Shown in pieces: positions 38,098 through 49,797 of a stretch of 64,000 nt of DNA. Under the pieces are notes generated by a model. That model did not search any database. It worked only from the letters and a program-made list of their open reading frames with translations, and had not been told where the DNA came from. The stretch is from assembly GCA_038237865.1 (NCBI GenBank), contig JBBRYG010000005.1:113384-177383 (forward strand), written 5' to 3'. Origin of the DNA: Gaiellales bacterium. GTDB taxonomy: Bacteria; Actinomycetota; Thermoleophilia; Gaiellales; Gaiellaceae. Each line of letters opens with the position of its first letter. Within the stretch, counting starts at the first letter, position 1. Made by a program: the position numbers and the translations under genes.

Positions 38098-38586
38098 TCA
38101 CCTAGATCCCCCTTCTCCAGTCGGGAGTACCTCGACGAGCTCTGCGACGACGCGCACTTCGTCCGCATCGGCAACCGTGATGTCGATCGGTTCGAACCCG
38201 GCTGCATCGGTATCCGGTAGTAGCCGGACAGCATCGGGTGCGCTCCGTTCGTACAGCTTCACCGTGTAGCTCCCTCCGGTTTCCGGATCATCGATGTGCC
38301 GGCTCTCGACGAGGACTACCCGCCCGGTACGAGAACCCTCCACCGGCGTTCGCCAGACACAGAACGCCCCGTTTTGGATCCGCCGGTTCATCGATTCCCC
38401 CACCACTTGCCCGACGAACAGGCCGGGCGCGGGAGAGACTCGGCCATTCGGCAAGACCCACGCCTCCGCCTCGACCGCCTGACCGTCTCCAAACCCGCCG
38501 GCGGCGGCCGCGAGCGAGTACAGCGGAATCGCGTTCTCGTATGGCCTCACCTCGGCATCGGCTATGCGGGTAAAGGGCAATACGAC
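38098..38586 (-). other. LexA/UmuD-type S24 peptidase domain fused to HsdR
   Basis: '[12 protein letters not shown]' is the cleavage-site region, '[18 protein letters not shown]' holds the Ser, and 'GRVVLVE...YTVKLYE' holds the Lys. The tail '[17 protein letters not shown]' parallels LexA 'VELLPENSEFKPIVV'. Confidence 0.7.
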
Positions 38587-41500
38587 AGCCTCTTCTACCT
38601 CCGCCCACTCGAGGCCGAGCAGCTCGGCCTGCTCGAGCACCGTGATCGTGGCCTGCTCCTGGAGATCGGGCGGATAGCCGTGCTTGCGCAGGATCCGCCG
38701 CACCATCCGGCGGAGGTTCGCACGCACGCTGTCCTTCACCGTCCAGTCGATCGTCGCGTTCCGCTTCACCGTCTCGACGAGCTCGCGGGCCATGAAGAGC
38801 AGCTCCTGATCGCCAAGTAGGTCAACGGCGCTCTGGTTCGCTGCAAGCGCGTCGTAGAACGCGAGCTCGTCGTCGTTGAGCCCGAGCTCCTCGCCGCGCC
38901 GGTCTGCCTCGCGCAGCTCCTTCGCGAGCGCGATCAGCTCCTCGATTACCTGCGCCGCCTCGATCGCCTTCGCCTGGTAGCGCCGCACCGCAGCCGCGAG
39001 CAGCTCCGCGAACGACCGCGCCTGGACGACGTTCTTTCTCGAGCGCACCTTGATCTCGTCGTTCAGCAGCTTCTGCAGGAGCTCGACGGCAAGATTTCGC
39101 TGGGGCAGCTCCCGCACCTCGGCGAGGAACTCGTCCGAGAGCAGCGAGATGTCCGGCTTCTGCAGACCCGCAGCGGAGAAGACGTCTATCACCTCGCCCG
39201 GCGCGATCGCTCCGGCGACGATCTGCCGGATCGCGTGGTCGAGATCCTCCTCCGGCCGCGATTGGCCCGCCTCCGTCTTCACGAGCGCCGCTTTCACCGC
39301 CTGGAAGAACGCGACCTCGTCGCGGATCGCGAGGGCCTCGTCCCGCGGCACCGACAGCGCGAACGCCTTCGAGAGCTCGATCACTGCCCGCACGAACCGC
39401 TCACGCCCGTCCTCCTGCGCGAGCACGTGCTCCTGCGCGCTCGCGAGCAGCGCGAGCAGACCGCCGGGAGTCAAGGCCCGCGAGTAGTCGAAGCCGTGGA
39501 AGAGCGCGCGGCAGATCTCCGCCTTCCCGAGCATCAGCGCGACCGCCTCGCTCTGATCGAGGGCGCCCGCGCCGCGACCGCCGCTTGCCGTGTAGATCGA
39601 CAGCGCTTTCCGGAGATCGTCCGCGATGCCTAGGTAGTCGACGACGAGGCCGCCCGGCTTGTCGCGGAAGACGCGGTTCACGCGCGCGATCGCCTGCATC
39701 AGCCCATGCCCACGCATCGGCTTGTCGACGTACATCGTGTGCAGGCTCGGCGCGTCGAAGCCTGTCAGCCACATGTCGCGCACGAGCACGACCCGGAAGG
39801 GATCGTCGGGATCCTTGAACCGCCGCGCCAGCTCCTCGCGGCCGCGCTTGCTGCGAATGTGCCGCTGCCACTCCGGCGGGTCGGACGCCGAGCCGGTCAT
39901 GACGACGTTCACGTCCCAGTCGGGCCGCAGCGTGACGATCGCCTCGTAGAGGTCGACACAGATCCGGCGGCTCATGCAGACGACCATCGCCTTCCCGTCC
40001 ATCGTCTCGAGGCGGCGCTCGAAGTGCTCGACGAGATCCTCCGCGACGAGCTCCAGCCGCTTCTCGGTGCCGACGACCGCCTCGAGCTGCGCCCACTTCG
40101 ACTTCAGCTTCTCGCGCCGCGCCTCCTCCTCGCCCTCGGTCACCTCCTCGAACGCCTCGTCCAGCTTCGGCGTCTCCTCGGGCTTGAGGTCGAGCTTCGC
40201 CAGCCGGCTCTCGTAGTAGATCGGCACGGTCGCGCCGTCCTCGACCGCCTGCTGGATGTCGTACACGTCGATGTAGTCGCCGAAGACGTTGCGCGTGTCG
40301 CGGTCCTCGAGCTCGACCGGCGTGCCGGTGAAGGCGACGTAAGTCGCGTTCGGCAGCGCGTCGCGCAGGTGCCGCGCGAAGCCGTCGACGAAGTCGTATT
40401 GGCTGCGGTGCGCCTCGTCCGCGATCACGACGACATTGCGCCGGTCGGTCAGCAGCGGGAAGCGGTCGCCCTTCTCCTCCGGGACGAACTTCTGGATCGT
40501 GGTGAAGACCACGCCGCCGGACGCCACGCTGAGGAGCTCGCGCATGTGCGCGCGGTCGCGCGCCTGCGTTGGCGCCTGCCGGAGCAGGTCGGCGCTGTGG
40601 CCGAAGACTCCGTAGAGCTGGTCGTCGAGGTCGTTTCGGTCGGTGAGGATGACAAGGGTGGGATTACCGAGCGCCGGCTCGAGTACGAGCTTGCCGGCGT
40701 AGAAGGTCATCGTCAGGCTCTTGCCGGAGCCCTGCGTGTGCCAGACGACACCGGCGCGCCCGTCGCCGGAGGGGTCGGCGGCGCGTACCGTCGTCTCGAC
40801 TGCCTTCAAGGTCGCATGGAACTGGTGGTAGCCCGCGACCTTCTTGACCACGTTCGCGCCGTCGTCCTCGAAGACGATGAAATGCCGGACGAGCTCGAGC
40901 AGCCGCTCCTTCGCGAAGACGCCGCGGGCAAGCACCTCGAGCAGGTTCGATCCCGGCGGCGCCAACGCCTCGCCGTCGATCGTGCGCCACGGCAGGAACC
41001 ACTCTTTCGAACCGGTCAGCGTCCCGAGCCGCGCATCCACGCCGTCCGAGACGACGAGCAAGGCGTTCGGCGCAAGCAGCGACGGGATCTCGAGCTTGTA
41101 GGTCTCGAGCTGGTTGTAGGCACTCCAGACGTCTGCGTGCTCGTCGGCCGGGTTCTTCAGCTCGACGACGGCGAGCGGGATCCCGTTGACGTAGAGGACG
41201 ACATCGGCGCGGCGGTGCGCCTGGCCTTCCTGGACGGTGAGCTGGTTGAGCGCGAGCCAGTTGTTCGCGGCGAGGTCTTCGAAGTCGAGCAGGCGGACGC
41301 GCTCGCCGCGGACGCCGCCGCCCGCCGCGGGCACCTCGACCTCGATCCCGTCCACGAGCAGCCGGTGCAGACGCCGGTTCTCGAGCACGAGCGCCGGTGA
41401 CTCGCGCTGGAGGAGCTTCCGCTCGGCCGCGTCGAGCGCGCTCCCCGGCGCACCCGGGTTCAACCGTGCGAGCGCGGCACGCAGGCGCCCGCGGAGCAGG

Positions 41501-41646
41501 ACGTCGCCGTAGCTCTCCCGCTCGACCGCCGGCTCGCCGGGCGCGAGATCGGGCCCGTGCATGACCTCCCAGCCGAGCTCGCCGAGCCACTCGAGCAGCG
41601 CGAGCTCGGCGACGTTCTCGTCGTAACGGGGGACGGTGGTCGGCAT
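38098..41646 (-). CDS. hsdR: type I restriction endonuclease subunit R with C-terminal S24 (LexA-like) domain
   Basis: 1182 aa from the ATG at 41646. The nuclease is '[20 protein letters not shown]'. Helicase motifs are '[11 protein letters not shown]', '[10 protein letters not shown]', 'FTGTP' and 'QAIARVNR'. A DUF3387-like region follows, then the S24 module. Confidence 0.93.
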   Translation of the reverse strand: MPTTVPRYDENVAELALLEWLGELGWEVMHGPDLAPGEPAVERESYGDVLLRGRLRAALARLNPGAPGSALDAAERKLLQRESPALVLENRRLHRLLVDGIEVEVPAAGGGVRGERVRLLDFEDLAANNWLALNQLTVQEGQAHRRADVVLYVNGIPLAVVELKNPADEHADVWSAYNQLETYKLEIPSLLAPNALLVVSDGVDARLGTLTGSKEWFLPWRTIDGEALAPPGSNLLEVLARGVFAKERLLELVRHFIVFEDDGANVVKKVAGYHQFHATLKAVETTVRAADPSGDGRAGVVWHTQGSGKSLTMTFYAGKLVLEPALGNPTLVILTDRNDLDDQLYGVFGHSADLLRQAPTQARDRAHMRELLSVASGGVVFTTIQKFVPEEKGDRFPLLTDRRNVVVIADEAHRSQYDFVDGFARHLRDALPNATYVAFTGTPVELEDRDTRNVFGDYIDVYDIQQAVEDGATVPIYYESRLAKLDLKPEETPKLDEAFEEVTEGEEEARREKLKSKWAQLEAVVGTEKRLELVAEDLVEHFERRLETMDGKAMVVCMSRRICVDLYEAIVTLRPDWDVNVVMTGSASDPPEWQRHIRSKRGREELARRFKDPDDPFRVVLVRDMWLTGFDAPSLHTMYVDKPMRGHGLMQAIARVNRVFRDKPGGLVVDYLGIADDLRKALSIYTASGGRGAGALDQSEAVALMLGKAEICRALFHGFDYSRALTPGGLLALLASAQEHVLAQEDGRERFVRAVIELSKAFALSVPRDEALAIRDEVAFFQAVKAALVKTEAGQSRPEEDLDHAIRQIVAGAIAPGEVIDVFSAAGLQKPDISLLSDEFLAEVRELPQRNLAVELLQKLLNDEIKVRSRKNVVQARSFAELLAAAVRRYQAKAIEAAQVIEELIALAKELREADRRGEELGLNDDELAFYDALAANQSAVDLLGDQELLFMARELVETVKRNATIDWTVKDSVRANLRRMVRRILRKHGYPPDLQEQATITVLEQAELLGLEWAEVEEAVVLPFTRIADAEVRPYENAIPLYSLAAAAGGFGDGQAVEAEAWVLPNGRVSPAPGLFVGQVVGESMNRRIQNGAFCVWRTPVEGSRTGRVVLVESRHIDDPETGGSYTVKLYERSAPDAVRLLPDTDAAGFEPIDITVADADEVRVVAELVEVLPTGEGGSR

Positions 41647-41648
41647 CG

Positions 41649-42635
41649 TTAGGCGACTCGGGCCAGGACTGCCTCCACATTCTCGATGAATGTCGGCCAA
41701 TAGTCAGCACCCGTTCCGTCGTCTCGGACGGACACCCCCGCATGTCGTACATCGGCTGCGATGCGATGTATGAGCTGACGGGCCTCACTCGCGCGCTGGT
41801 AGTCGGAGAGCTCATCTAGATCGGGACGTGCAAACCAGCGCCAGATCTCCGCCAACGCGTGGAGCAGTTGCGGCCAGTCGCGGTGTGTGGGGATCGCGTG
41901 GGGATCGAGTTCGAGGAAGGAGGCCCAGCGCGCGCTGTCGACCCCGTATCGAGCCTCGTTGCCGACCCAGAAGCGCTCGACATCGCCGGCGGCGCTCAGC
42001 TCCGCGAGGGCGTCGCTGACGTTCCGTTTCGTCGACGCTGCGGCGGCGGCGATCGCAAGAGCGGTCGCGTTCGACACCCCCGTCGTGAGTAGGAAGCGGA
42101 CGATCTCCGCGCGCGCGCTCACGCCGAAATGCCGCCGCAGCCGGAACGCGAGGTTGATCGGGGCCCGGAGGTCGGGCGGGGTCGACTTTCCGCTCGGCGT
42201 CGTCGCAGGCTTCACGAAGCCGCGGGCGAGGAAGATCGGGTCCTCACGGCCGGGCAGGCCCGGCCGGCGAAAGAGCGGAACGGGCTCGCGGCCCGGCTCC
42301 ACCGTGCCCGGCAGGCGTCTGAGCGCCGACCCGTTCGCCGCGGCCCACTCGACCGCGGCGTCGATGACCGGACGTCCGGGATCGTGGCGCGAGAGGTGCG
42401 ACAGCCGGCGCGAGCTGACGACGTCGCCGTTCGCTCGCAGCCAGTCGAGCACCTCGTCGAAGAGGCGCGGGTCGGCGCGGGCGACCTCGAGCGAGAACAA
42501 GAGCAGCGCCTCCGGGTCCTGCGCCCACGGGTCCCTGCGCGCGGTCGCGATGAAGACACCCATCTGCGACCATTGGTCGCCGGCGAACCGCAACAGCGTG
42601 CCCGTGACGCGCTCTCTAAGCTCCGAGACCCGCAT
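41649..42635 (-). CDS. hypothetical protein with central wHTH-like segment
   Basis: 328 aa from the ATG at 42635. '[48 protein letters not shown]' looks like a winged helix. It ends 2 nt before the hsdR start. Confidence 0.6.
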   Translation of the reverse strand: MRVSELRERVTGTLLRFAGDQWSQMGVFIATARRDPWAQDPEALLLFSLEVARADPRLFDEVLDWLRANGDVVSSRRLSHLSRHDPGRPVIDAAVEWAAANGSALRRLPGTVEPGREPVPLFRRPGLPGREDPIFLARGFVKPATTPSGKSTPPDLRAPINLAFRLRRHFGVSARAEIVRFLLTTGVSNATALAIAAAAASTKRNVSDALAELSAAGDVERFWVGNEARYGVDSARWASFLELDPHAIPTHRDWPQLLHALAEIWRWFARPDLDELSDYQRASEARQLIHRIAADVRHAGVSVRDDGTGADYWPTFIENVEAVLARVA

Positions 42636-43200
42636 CCTCGACTCCGAGGTAGCGCAGCGCAGGGACCAACATCTCGTTGAATCCCTCGGACGGATCCTGC
42701 GTCCGTGCCCAGGCCGCAGCCGCGAGCAGCTCATCGCGCGTCGGCGCAAGCGCGCGAAGATCGTCCTCGTGGCGGCCGCTTCCCTGGTCGGTGAGCGCGT
42801 AGAGCTTGAAGTGGATCTGGTCGTAGCGGCTCGCGAGGTGGATCGACAGGGACGGCCCGAACTCCCTGCGCTCGAGCCGGTCGACGAAACCGTCGGGGAG
42901 CCCCCACTCGAGCAGGTCGGACGGGCCGGCGTTGAGCCAGCCGTCGCTGACCCCGAAGTCCGCGGCGACGGCGTCCTTGGCCTCGACGAGGGCAGGCGGC
43001 AGCGGCTTGGCGTCGCGCAGCACCCCGCCCTCCATTAAGGCCACGACGTCGACGTCGCGCGTCGGCCGCTCGACAAGTCCGAGAATCGTGAGCGCGGAGC
43101 CACCGATGACGACGAGCTCGACCGGCGTCCGCGCGAGCTCGAGCCGCTGCCCCAAGGCGCGCAGCAACTCGGCGATCGCCTCTGGCGCGAGCGGATACAT
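42616..43200 (-). CDS. minimal nucleotidyltransferase (DUF6036-like)
   Basis: 194 aa. 'LVVIGGSALTILGLVERPTRDVDVVAL' fits GS...DxD, and 'HFKLYALTDQGSGRHEDDLRAL' follows. It overlaps the downstream gene by 20 nt. Confidence 0.72.
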   Translation of the reverse strand: MYPLAPEAIAELLRALGQRLELARTPVELVVIGGSALTILGLVERPTRDVDVVALMEGGVLRDAKPLPPALVEAKDAVAADFGVSDGWLNAGPSDLLEWGLPDGFVDRLERREFGPSLSIHLASRYDQIHFKLYALTDQGSGRHEDDLRALAPTRDELLAAAAWARTQDPSEGFNEMLVPALRYLGVEDAGLGA

Positions 43201-43242
43201 GCGAGAAGTATAACTTCTCGATTCGAGAACTACAGCCTCTTG

Positions 43243-44360
<1,118 letters not shown>

Positions 44361-44364
<4 letters not shown>

Positions 44365-45923
44365 GGACGGATGCGGAGCAGCTCTGAGCGGATCGTGCGC
44401 TCAAGTTCTACGGACTCAGCGAACTGTTCCTCGAGCTGCGCCGCCAACCTCGCGATCTTTTCCTCGAACGGCTCGCCGTCGTCCTCCTCCGCCGCGGCGC
44501 CGACGTAGCGACCCGGCGTCAGCACGTGGTCGTGCCCACGGATCTCCTCGAACGTCGCGCTCTTGCAGAAGCCGCGCTCGTCCGCGTACTCGCCGACGCC
44601 CGGCTCGCCGCGCCAGGCGTGGTAGGCGCCAACGATCCGCGCCAGCTCGTCGTTGGTCAACTCGCGGTGGGTGCGGCTGGCCATCACGCCGAGCTTGCGC
44701 GCGTCGACGAACAGCGTCTCGCCCGCCCGCGCCCGCAGCGACTTCGCGCCTCGCGTCGGCGCGCCCGACTTGTCGCGGGCGAGGAACCAGAGACAAACGG
44801 GGATCGGCGAGCCGTAGAAGAGCTGCCCCGGCAGCGCGACGATGCAGTCGACGAGGTCGGCCTCGACGATCGCCTTCCGGATCTCGCCTTCGCCGGACTG
44901 TTGGGAACTCATCGAGATGTTCGCGAGCACGAAGCCCGCGATCCCCAGCGGCGCGAGGTGGTGGATCATGTGCTGCACCCAGGCGAAGTTCGCGTTTCCC
45001 TGCGGCGGCACGCCGAACTGCCAGCGCACGTCGTCGGCGTCGCGTGCCCAGTCGCTCATGTTGAAGGGCGGGTTCGCGAGCACGAAGTCCGCCTTCAGGT
45101 CGGGGTGCAGGTCGCGGCGGAACGTATCGGCATGCTGCGGGCCGAGGTTCGCCTCGATCCCGCGCAGGGCGAGGTTCATCTTCGCGAGCTTCCAGGTGGT
45201 CGGGTTCGACTCCTGGCCGAAGATCGAGATGTCGTCGAGCCGGCCGCCGTGCGCGGCGATGAACTCCTCCGACTGCACGAACATGCCGCTCGAGCCACAG
45301 CAGGGGTCGTAGACGCGGCCCTGGTAGGGCTCGATCATCTCGACGAGCAGCTTCACGACCGAGCGGGGCGTGTAGAACTCGCCGCCGCGCTTGCCCTCCT
45401 TCGAGGCGAACTGGCCGAGGAAGTACTCGTAGACGCGGCCGAGCACGTCTTTCGCGCCGTCGCCTGCGCCGAAGCCGATGTTCCCGATCAGGTCGATCAA
45501 CTCGCCGAGCCGCTGCTTGTCGAGCGCCGGCCGCGCATACTCCTTGGGGAGCACGCCGGCGAGCGAACGGTTCTCGCGCTCGACCGCGTCCATCGCGCCG
45601 TCGACGAGCGTCCCGATCTCGGGCTGCTTCGCCTTGTCCTGCAGGAAGCCCCAGCGAGCCTCGGCGGGAACCCAGAAAACACCCTTGGCGAGGTACTCGT
45701 CGGGATCCTCGGGATCCGCACCCTGTGCAACCTGGGCGGCGATCTGCGCGTGCCGCGCCTCGAATGCGTCGGAGACGTACTTGAGGAAGATCAGGCCGAG
45801 GACGACGTGCTTGTACTCGGCTGCGTCCATGTGCCCGCGCAGCTTGTCCGCCGCCGCCCAGAGCGTCGCCTCGAAACCGAGCGTCGCGCCATTTGCCGAT
45901 TGCTGCTTGCGCGGTCTACCCAT
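44361..45923 (-). CDS. hsdM: type I restriction-modification N6-adenine DNA methyltransferase subunit
   Basis: 520 aa from the ATG at 45923. The N-terminus is '[32 protein letters not shown]'. SAM motif '[12 protein letters not shown]'-type is '[12 protein letters not shown]', and the catalytic motif is 'LANPPFN'. Confidence 0.95.
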
Positions 45924-47748
45924 CCGCGGTCGGCACAGTAGCGGGCGCCGCTTCCCACCCCGATGCTCGGCGCCAGTCCTCGAGTGAGACGTCGGGGCCT
46001 CGCCAAATCTGAACCACTCGTGCCGCCAGCTCGGCGGAGCGCTCATCGATCGCCTGCTCGGTCCAGCCGGCCGCGTAGCTCCCGACGAGACGTGAATTCA
46101 GGAGAAGGACGCTGTGCGCATTGAGGGCGTCCTTCTTTGATGTCCAGGCAGCGTTCGACATCGCCGGATTGAGCTTCGAGGTTACGAGGGTCAAGTTGCC
46201 GAGTTGGTGGACTCGCGACTCCCGCTGCTGAATCGCCTCATCCGTCGACTCGGACAAAGACCAGTGCTGCTGCCACTTCTGAGGGAGGACGTGCTCGATC
46301 GAGAGATCAGCAGGAATCTGGACAGCCTCAGCCTTCTCGGTACGGAGGTCATGTTCCAGTGCTTTCAACAGCATGACCAGCCGCTTCCGCACGAGGGTTC
46401 GGTAGAGAGGCGCATCGTGGAGGACAGACAGAAGCTCTGCGTCGTCAGGCCATCGAGCTGAGTCCGCATCGCTGGACGTGAGGAAGCCATGCACCACCTC
46501 ATCGGCGGCGTCGGTGCTCCCGGTCAGGAGCTTCACGAGATCGACGAAGAGCCGGTTGTACCCCTGCGCCGTCAGCCGACAGATCATCCGCCGTACGAGC
46601 CAACTCTCGAGCATCGAAAGCGCAGCGTTTCGGCGCGCCTCGGGAAGATCGTCCTGGAAGAGGATGAGCGCAATCGGATACGCGGTCGTTGTATCGAGAG
46701 CTTCGAGTCGCTCGAAGAAACGCTGCGGGATCGTTCCGAGCGGTTGCTGGAAGAAACGCTCGTATCGGTCGCGATCGGCAGTGAATTCCCCGATCGTCTG
46801 CGTCACCGACTGGGTCTCTTCCTGGAGCAGCCTCTTGAACGTCCCGTAAAGATGCTGCGCCGGCACCTCCTCGCCCAACTTCATTGTCAGCCAGTGCATC
46901 AAGAAGAGCTCGGCGCGCGGACGGCGGAGGCGACCCTGCACAATTTCCTCTCGCCAATAGTCCCGGTCGAAGGTCGCCCACCGCTCCGCGTAGAGGCTGT
47001 CGAGATTCGCCGAAGCCTCGGTGCGCTCGGCATGCTGAAACACCAGGTTCTTGACGAGGTCGATCGCGAGCAGTGGGGTGCCGCGGGCATTCAGACTTTC
47101 GAAGATCACCTGCGCGTCGTCCTCGGAATCGAGGTCGATCACCACGAGCTTGAACAGGTTTCGGGCTACAGCAGTGAGCCCGTCGAATGCTCGTTCGACA
47201 TCGTCCTGCTCGACCGCCCACTGGCGAATGACGCCAAGGAAGAAGGCGTATGCCTCATGGATCCGGTTCCCCTCATCCTCAGCGGCGGCTTCGCCTGCCA
47301 TGACGTCGACGAAGGCATGGCGATTCGCGTTCGTAGGCCAGACCTTGAACCGCGCATCGCGAGTCTTCGCCAGGTCGGGATTGTTTCGAGTGAGGCTCTC
47401 GAGGAGCCGAGCCTGAACCTCGCACCCCGTCTCTTGCGCCACGCGTGAGGCAGCAGCGATGAACAACTGGAGCGTCGTAAGCCGCTGCTGCCCGTCGATG
47501 ACAAGTCGGACGTCGATGTCCCCGAGCTGAGTGGGCATCTGTTCGAGTACCACCGCTCCCAGGAAGTGCGGAGAAGGCTTGCCAGACGTGGCAGGGTCAC
47601 TCGACCGGTCTAGCACCCAACAAACGTCGTTCCACAACGGCTCCCAGTGCTCGGCTTTTTTCCACACGTATGGGCGCTGATAGAGGGGAACGACGTAGCG
47701 CACGTCCTTGCCGAAGATCGTTGCGAGGTCGTTCGTGTCCGCCTTCAT
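45916..47748 (-). CDS. GmrSD-family (DUF262 + DUF1524) modification-dependent type IV restriction enzyme
   Basis: 610 aa. DUF262 shows 'YQRPYVW' and '[13 protein letters not shown]'. The C-terminal His-Me finger shows 'IEHVLPQ...LGNLTLV...N'. It overlaps hsdM by 8 nt and the ImmA gene by 4 nt. Confidence 0.9.
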   Translation of the reverse strand: MKADTNDLATIFGKDVRYVVPLYQRPYVWKKAEHWEPLWNDVCWVLDRSSDPATSGKPSPHFLGAVVLEQMPTQLGDIDVRLVIDGQQRLTTLQLFIAAASRVAQETGCEVQARLLESLTRNNPDLAKTRDARFKVWPTNANRHAFVDVMAGEAAAEDEGNRIHEAYAFFLGVIRQWAVEQDDVERAFDGLTAVARNLFKLVVIDLDSEDDAQVIFESLNARGTPLLAIDLVKNLVFQHAERTEASANLDSLYAERWATFDRDYWREEIVQGRLRRPRAELFLMHWLTMKLGEEVPAQHLYGTFKRLLQEETQSVTQTIGEFTADRDRYERFFQQPLGTIPQRFFERLEALDTTTAYPIALILFQDDLPEARRNAALSMLESWLVRRMICRLTAQGYNRLFVDLVKLLTGSTDAADEVVHGFLTSSDADSARWPDDAELLSVLHDAPLYRTLVRKRLVMLLKALEHDLRTEKAEAVQIPADLSIEHVLPQKWQQHWSLSESTDEAIQQRESRVHQLGNLTLVTSKLNPAMSNAAWTSKKDALNAHSVLLLNSRLVGSYAAGWTEQAIDERSAELAARVVQIWRGPDVSLEDWRRASGWEAAPATVPTADG

Positions 47749-48268
47749 GCTGGGGCTTCCGCCACGAGCCCGAGGTTGTAGACGGGCCAGGCATACGCCT
47801 CATCGCTGACGCCGACGCGATTGTTGCCGGATGCCGCTCGGACCTCGGGTTCAGGCATCAGCAGCTTTGCTGCGAACACGTTCGCCTCGCGCTCCAGCGC
47901 ACGATCGGCAGCCGAGCTCACGTCCTTCGGCCGGCAGAACACCGGCGCTCGTTGCCCTTCCATGCACTGGCAGATCCAGTGGTCAAGCTCGTGGGCGATC
48001 GTGAAGCGCCGGCGGGGCTCCGGCTCGGTCGAGTTCACGTAGATCTCACGCCGGCCGGGAGGAGCATGCCCGACACGTCCAGCTCCGCCTCCTCGATGCT
48101 CAGGCCGAGGAGATCCTCCGCGATCCGCTCTACGGGCACGGGCAACTCGGGGTCGTCGAACAGCTCGTGGTAACGCCGCCGCAAGACCCCTGCCCTCGGA
48201 TCGGTGACCGGTCCGGCCACGTCCGCATTGTCATTGGTTAGCGGGAAAAAGGGAAGGCACGCGATCAA
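47745..48268 (-). pseudogene. ImmA/IrrE-family (M78) metallopeptidase gene, split by a 1-nt frameshift
   Basis: ORF 48035..48268 ends '...PVERIAEDLLGLSIEEAELDVSGMLLPAG'. The next frame continues '(REIY)VNSTEPEPRRRFTIAHELDHW', which contains HExxH. The break is near 48035-48045. Confidence 0.65.
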
Positions 48269-48359
48269 CTTGGAAGTGGCGCTCGTCGCCGCGGAGTCTT
48301 ACATTCACGGACGCGGCTCGATAGTGGGTCAGTTTGGAAGGGAGTCCGAACGCGAGTTG

Positions 48360-48887
48360 TCAGGCTGCCTGTCGAGCGAGCTTCTTCGTGAAGCGGTCCG
48401 ACGCGTCCCTGAGAACTTGGTCGAGCAGCCTGTTGAGCAACCATAAAAGGGACCAGGTCCTGATGAACGCGAGCGCGAGAATGCTGGCCGCGATTGCTTC
48501 AAGCCACTTCTTTGGGTCTTTCGCTGCATCCGCCAAGACCATCGCGGTCATAACGATAGTCGCGAAGGCGAATGCCCAGATCGCGCCCATGAAGATGTTC
48601 CGCGTGTACGCAAAACCGGGCGTACCACGAAGGAAGTCCATGCCTCTGCCGGATCCGAGCCCCGTGAACACGGTGATCGCGGCGAGGGCGAATCCGAGAA
48701 GGACGCCACTCGTGCCTGCTAGTGACATGTAGAAATTCGAACGCGTGCCGGGGTCTATGGCGGCGAGAAGATTCGGTCGGCCGGGCGCGAAATACTCAGC
48801 GGCTCCGTAGCCAAGGCCGAAAACGGCCGCCAAGACCCAGTGGTAGCCAATGAAAGCGTCCTTGAAGCGCGGCATAGACACATTCAT
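48360..48887 (-). CDS. four-TM membrane protein
   Basis: 175 aa with four hydrophobic spans and a basic C-terminal tail. Its ATG overlaps the upstream gene stop as ATGA at 48884-48887. Confidence 0.65.
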   Translation of the reverse strand: MNVSMPRFKDAFIGYHWVLAAVFGLGYGAAEYFAPGRPNLLAAIDPGTRSNFYMSLAGTSGVLLGFALAAITVFTGLGSGRGMDFLRGTPGFAYTRNIFMGAIWAFAFATIVMTAMVLADAAKDPKKWLEAIAASILALAFIRTWSLLWLLNRLLDQVLRDASDRFTKKLARQAA

Positions 48888-49797
48888 CGCTCTTCAACCT
48901 TGAGTGTGCCGCCTTGGGCAAGGTCATCGGCCATACGCGCATGCACGGCTTGAATCGTGGAGTACGCGGCCTCCGTGTCAAGAGTTCGGTGGCGCGGGCT
49001 TTCTCGCCGAATGTCCTCGACGATGACTACACGATCGTGGAGAAGGTCGAGTTCACCGAGGTCGTCGTCGGACGTAACCCCGTATACCTGCGCGGTCTCG
49101 ACGAAGCTCGTCGGCTCCGCGCCTGAGTCGCGGAGGCCACGAAAGAATCGCTTGACGCGCTCGGTGAAGTCCGCGTCTCCGCCTCGGAGGCCCAGGTGAG
49201 GTCGACGTACTTGCCTGCCCGGAAAACGTCCGTCACTTCGAAGCCCTCGCTGAGTGCGACGCCGCGTCCCTGAAGTTCGGCCTGGCCGTGTGGTGTCACC
49301 TTTACTCGCACGCGGCGGATCTCCCGCATGGCGAGGATCGCGCTGATCACGTCGCCTCGCACAAACGGGCGGATATGGACGTCCTGGTCGCAACGCTCGT
49401 TCAGAAACGTGCCGAACGTAGTGATCCGCGGACCGTAATGGTTGTACTCGGAGCCAATCACGTTGTCATCAAACAGGAGGATATGGATCGACTCGGCCAG
49501 CCCTCGTTCCTCGGCGAGCTCGAGATCCTCGAAGGTCCCCGCCTCCTCGGTCTCGGGGAGATTGCGCCGACGGATCCGGTAAAACCGAATGCGCTGCGGG
49601 CGTTCGGGCCTATCGACAATGGCACACAAAAACTGCTCGTCCCCCTCGTCGATGTAGAAATCGGACGTGCCGTCAAGCCCGCCAATGCGGTCTACGATGT
49701 CCTGTCGGTCGAGCGAGAAGGTAGGATCGTCGTCGTTTACGGCCTTGTGGAAATAGATCTTTCTCTCGGCGAAGTTCGGGTCTCGCTGTCGGGGCAT
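48884..49797 (-). pseudogene. uncharacterised ~304-aa cytoplasmic protein gene with one frameshift
   Basis: The ATG at 49797 is preceded by AGGAGGAAGAAGG. The body lies in ORF 49027..49866 up to '...GKYVDLTWASE'. It then continues in the frame of ORF 48884..49393 as 'GGDADFTERVKRFFRGL...TLKVEER'. The shift is near 49175-49190. Confidence 0.6.
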
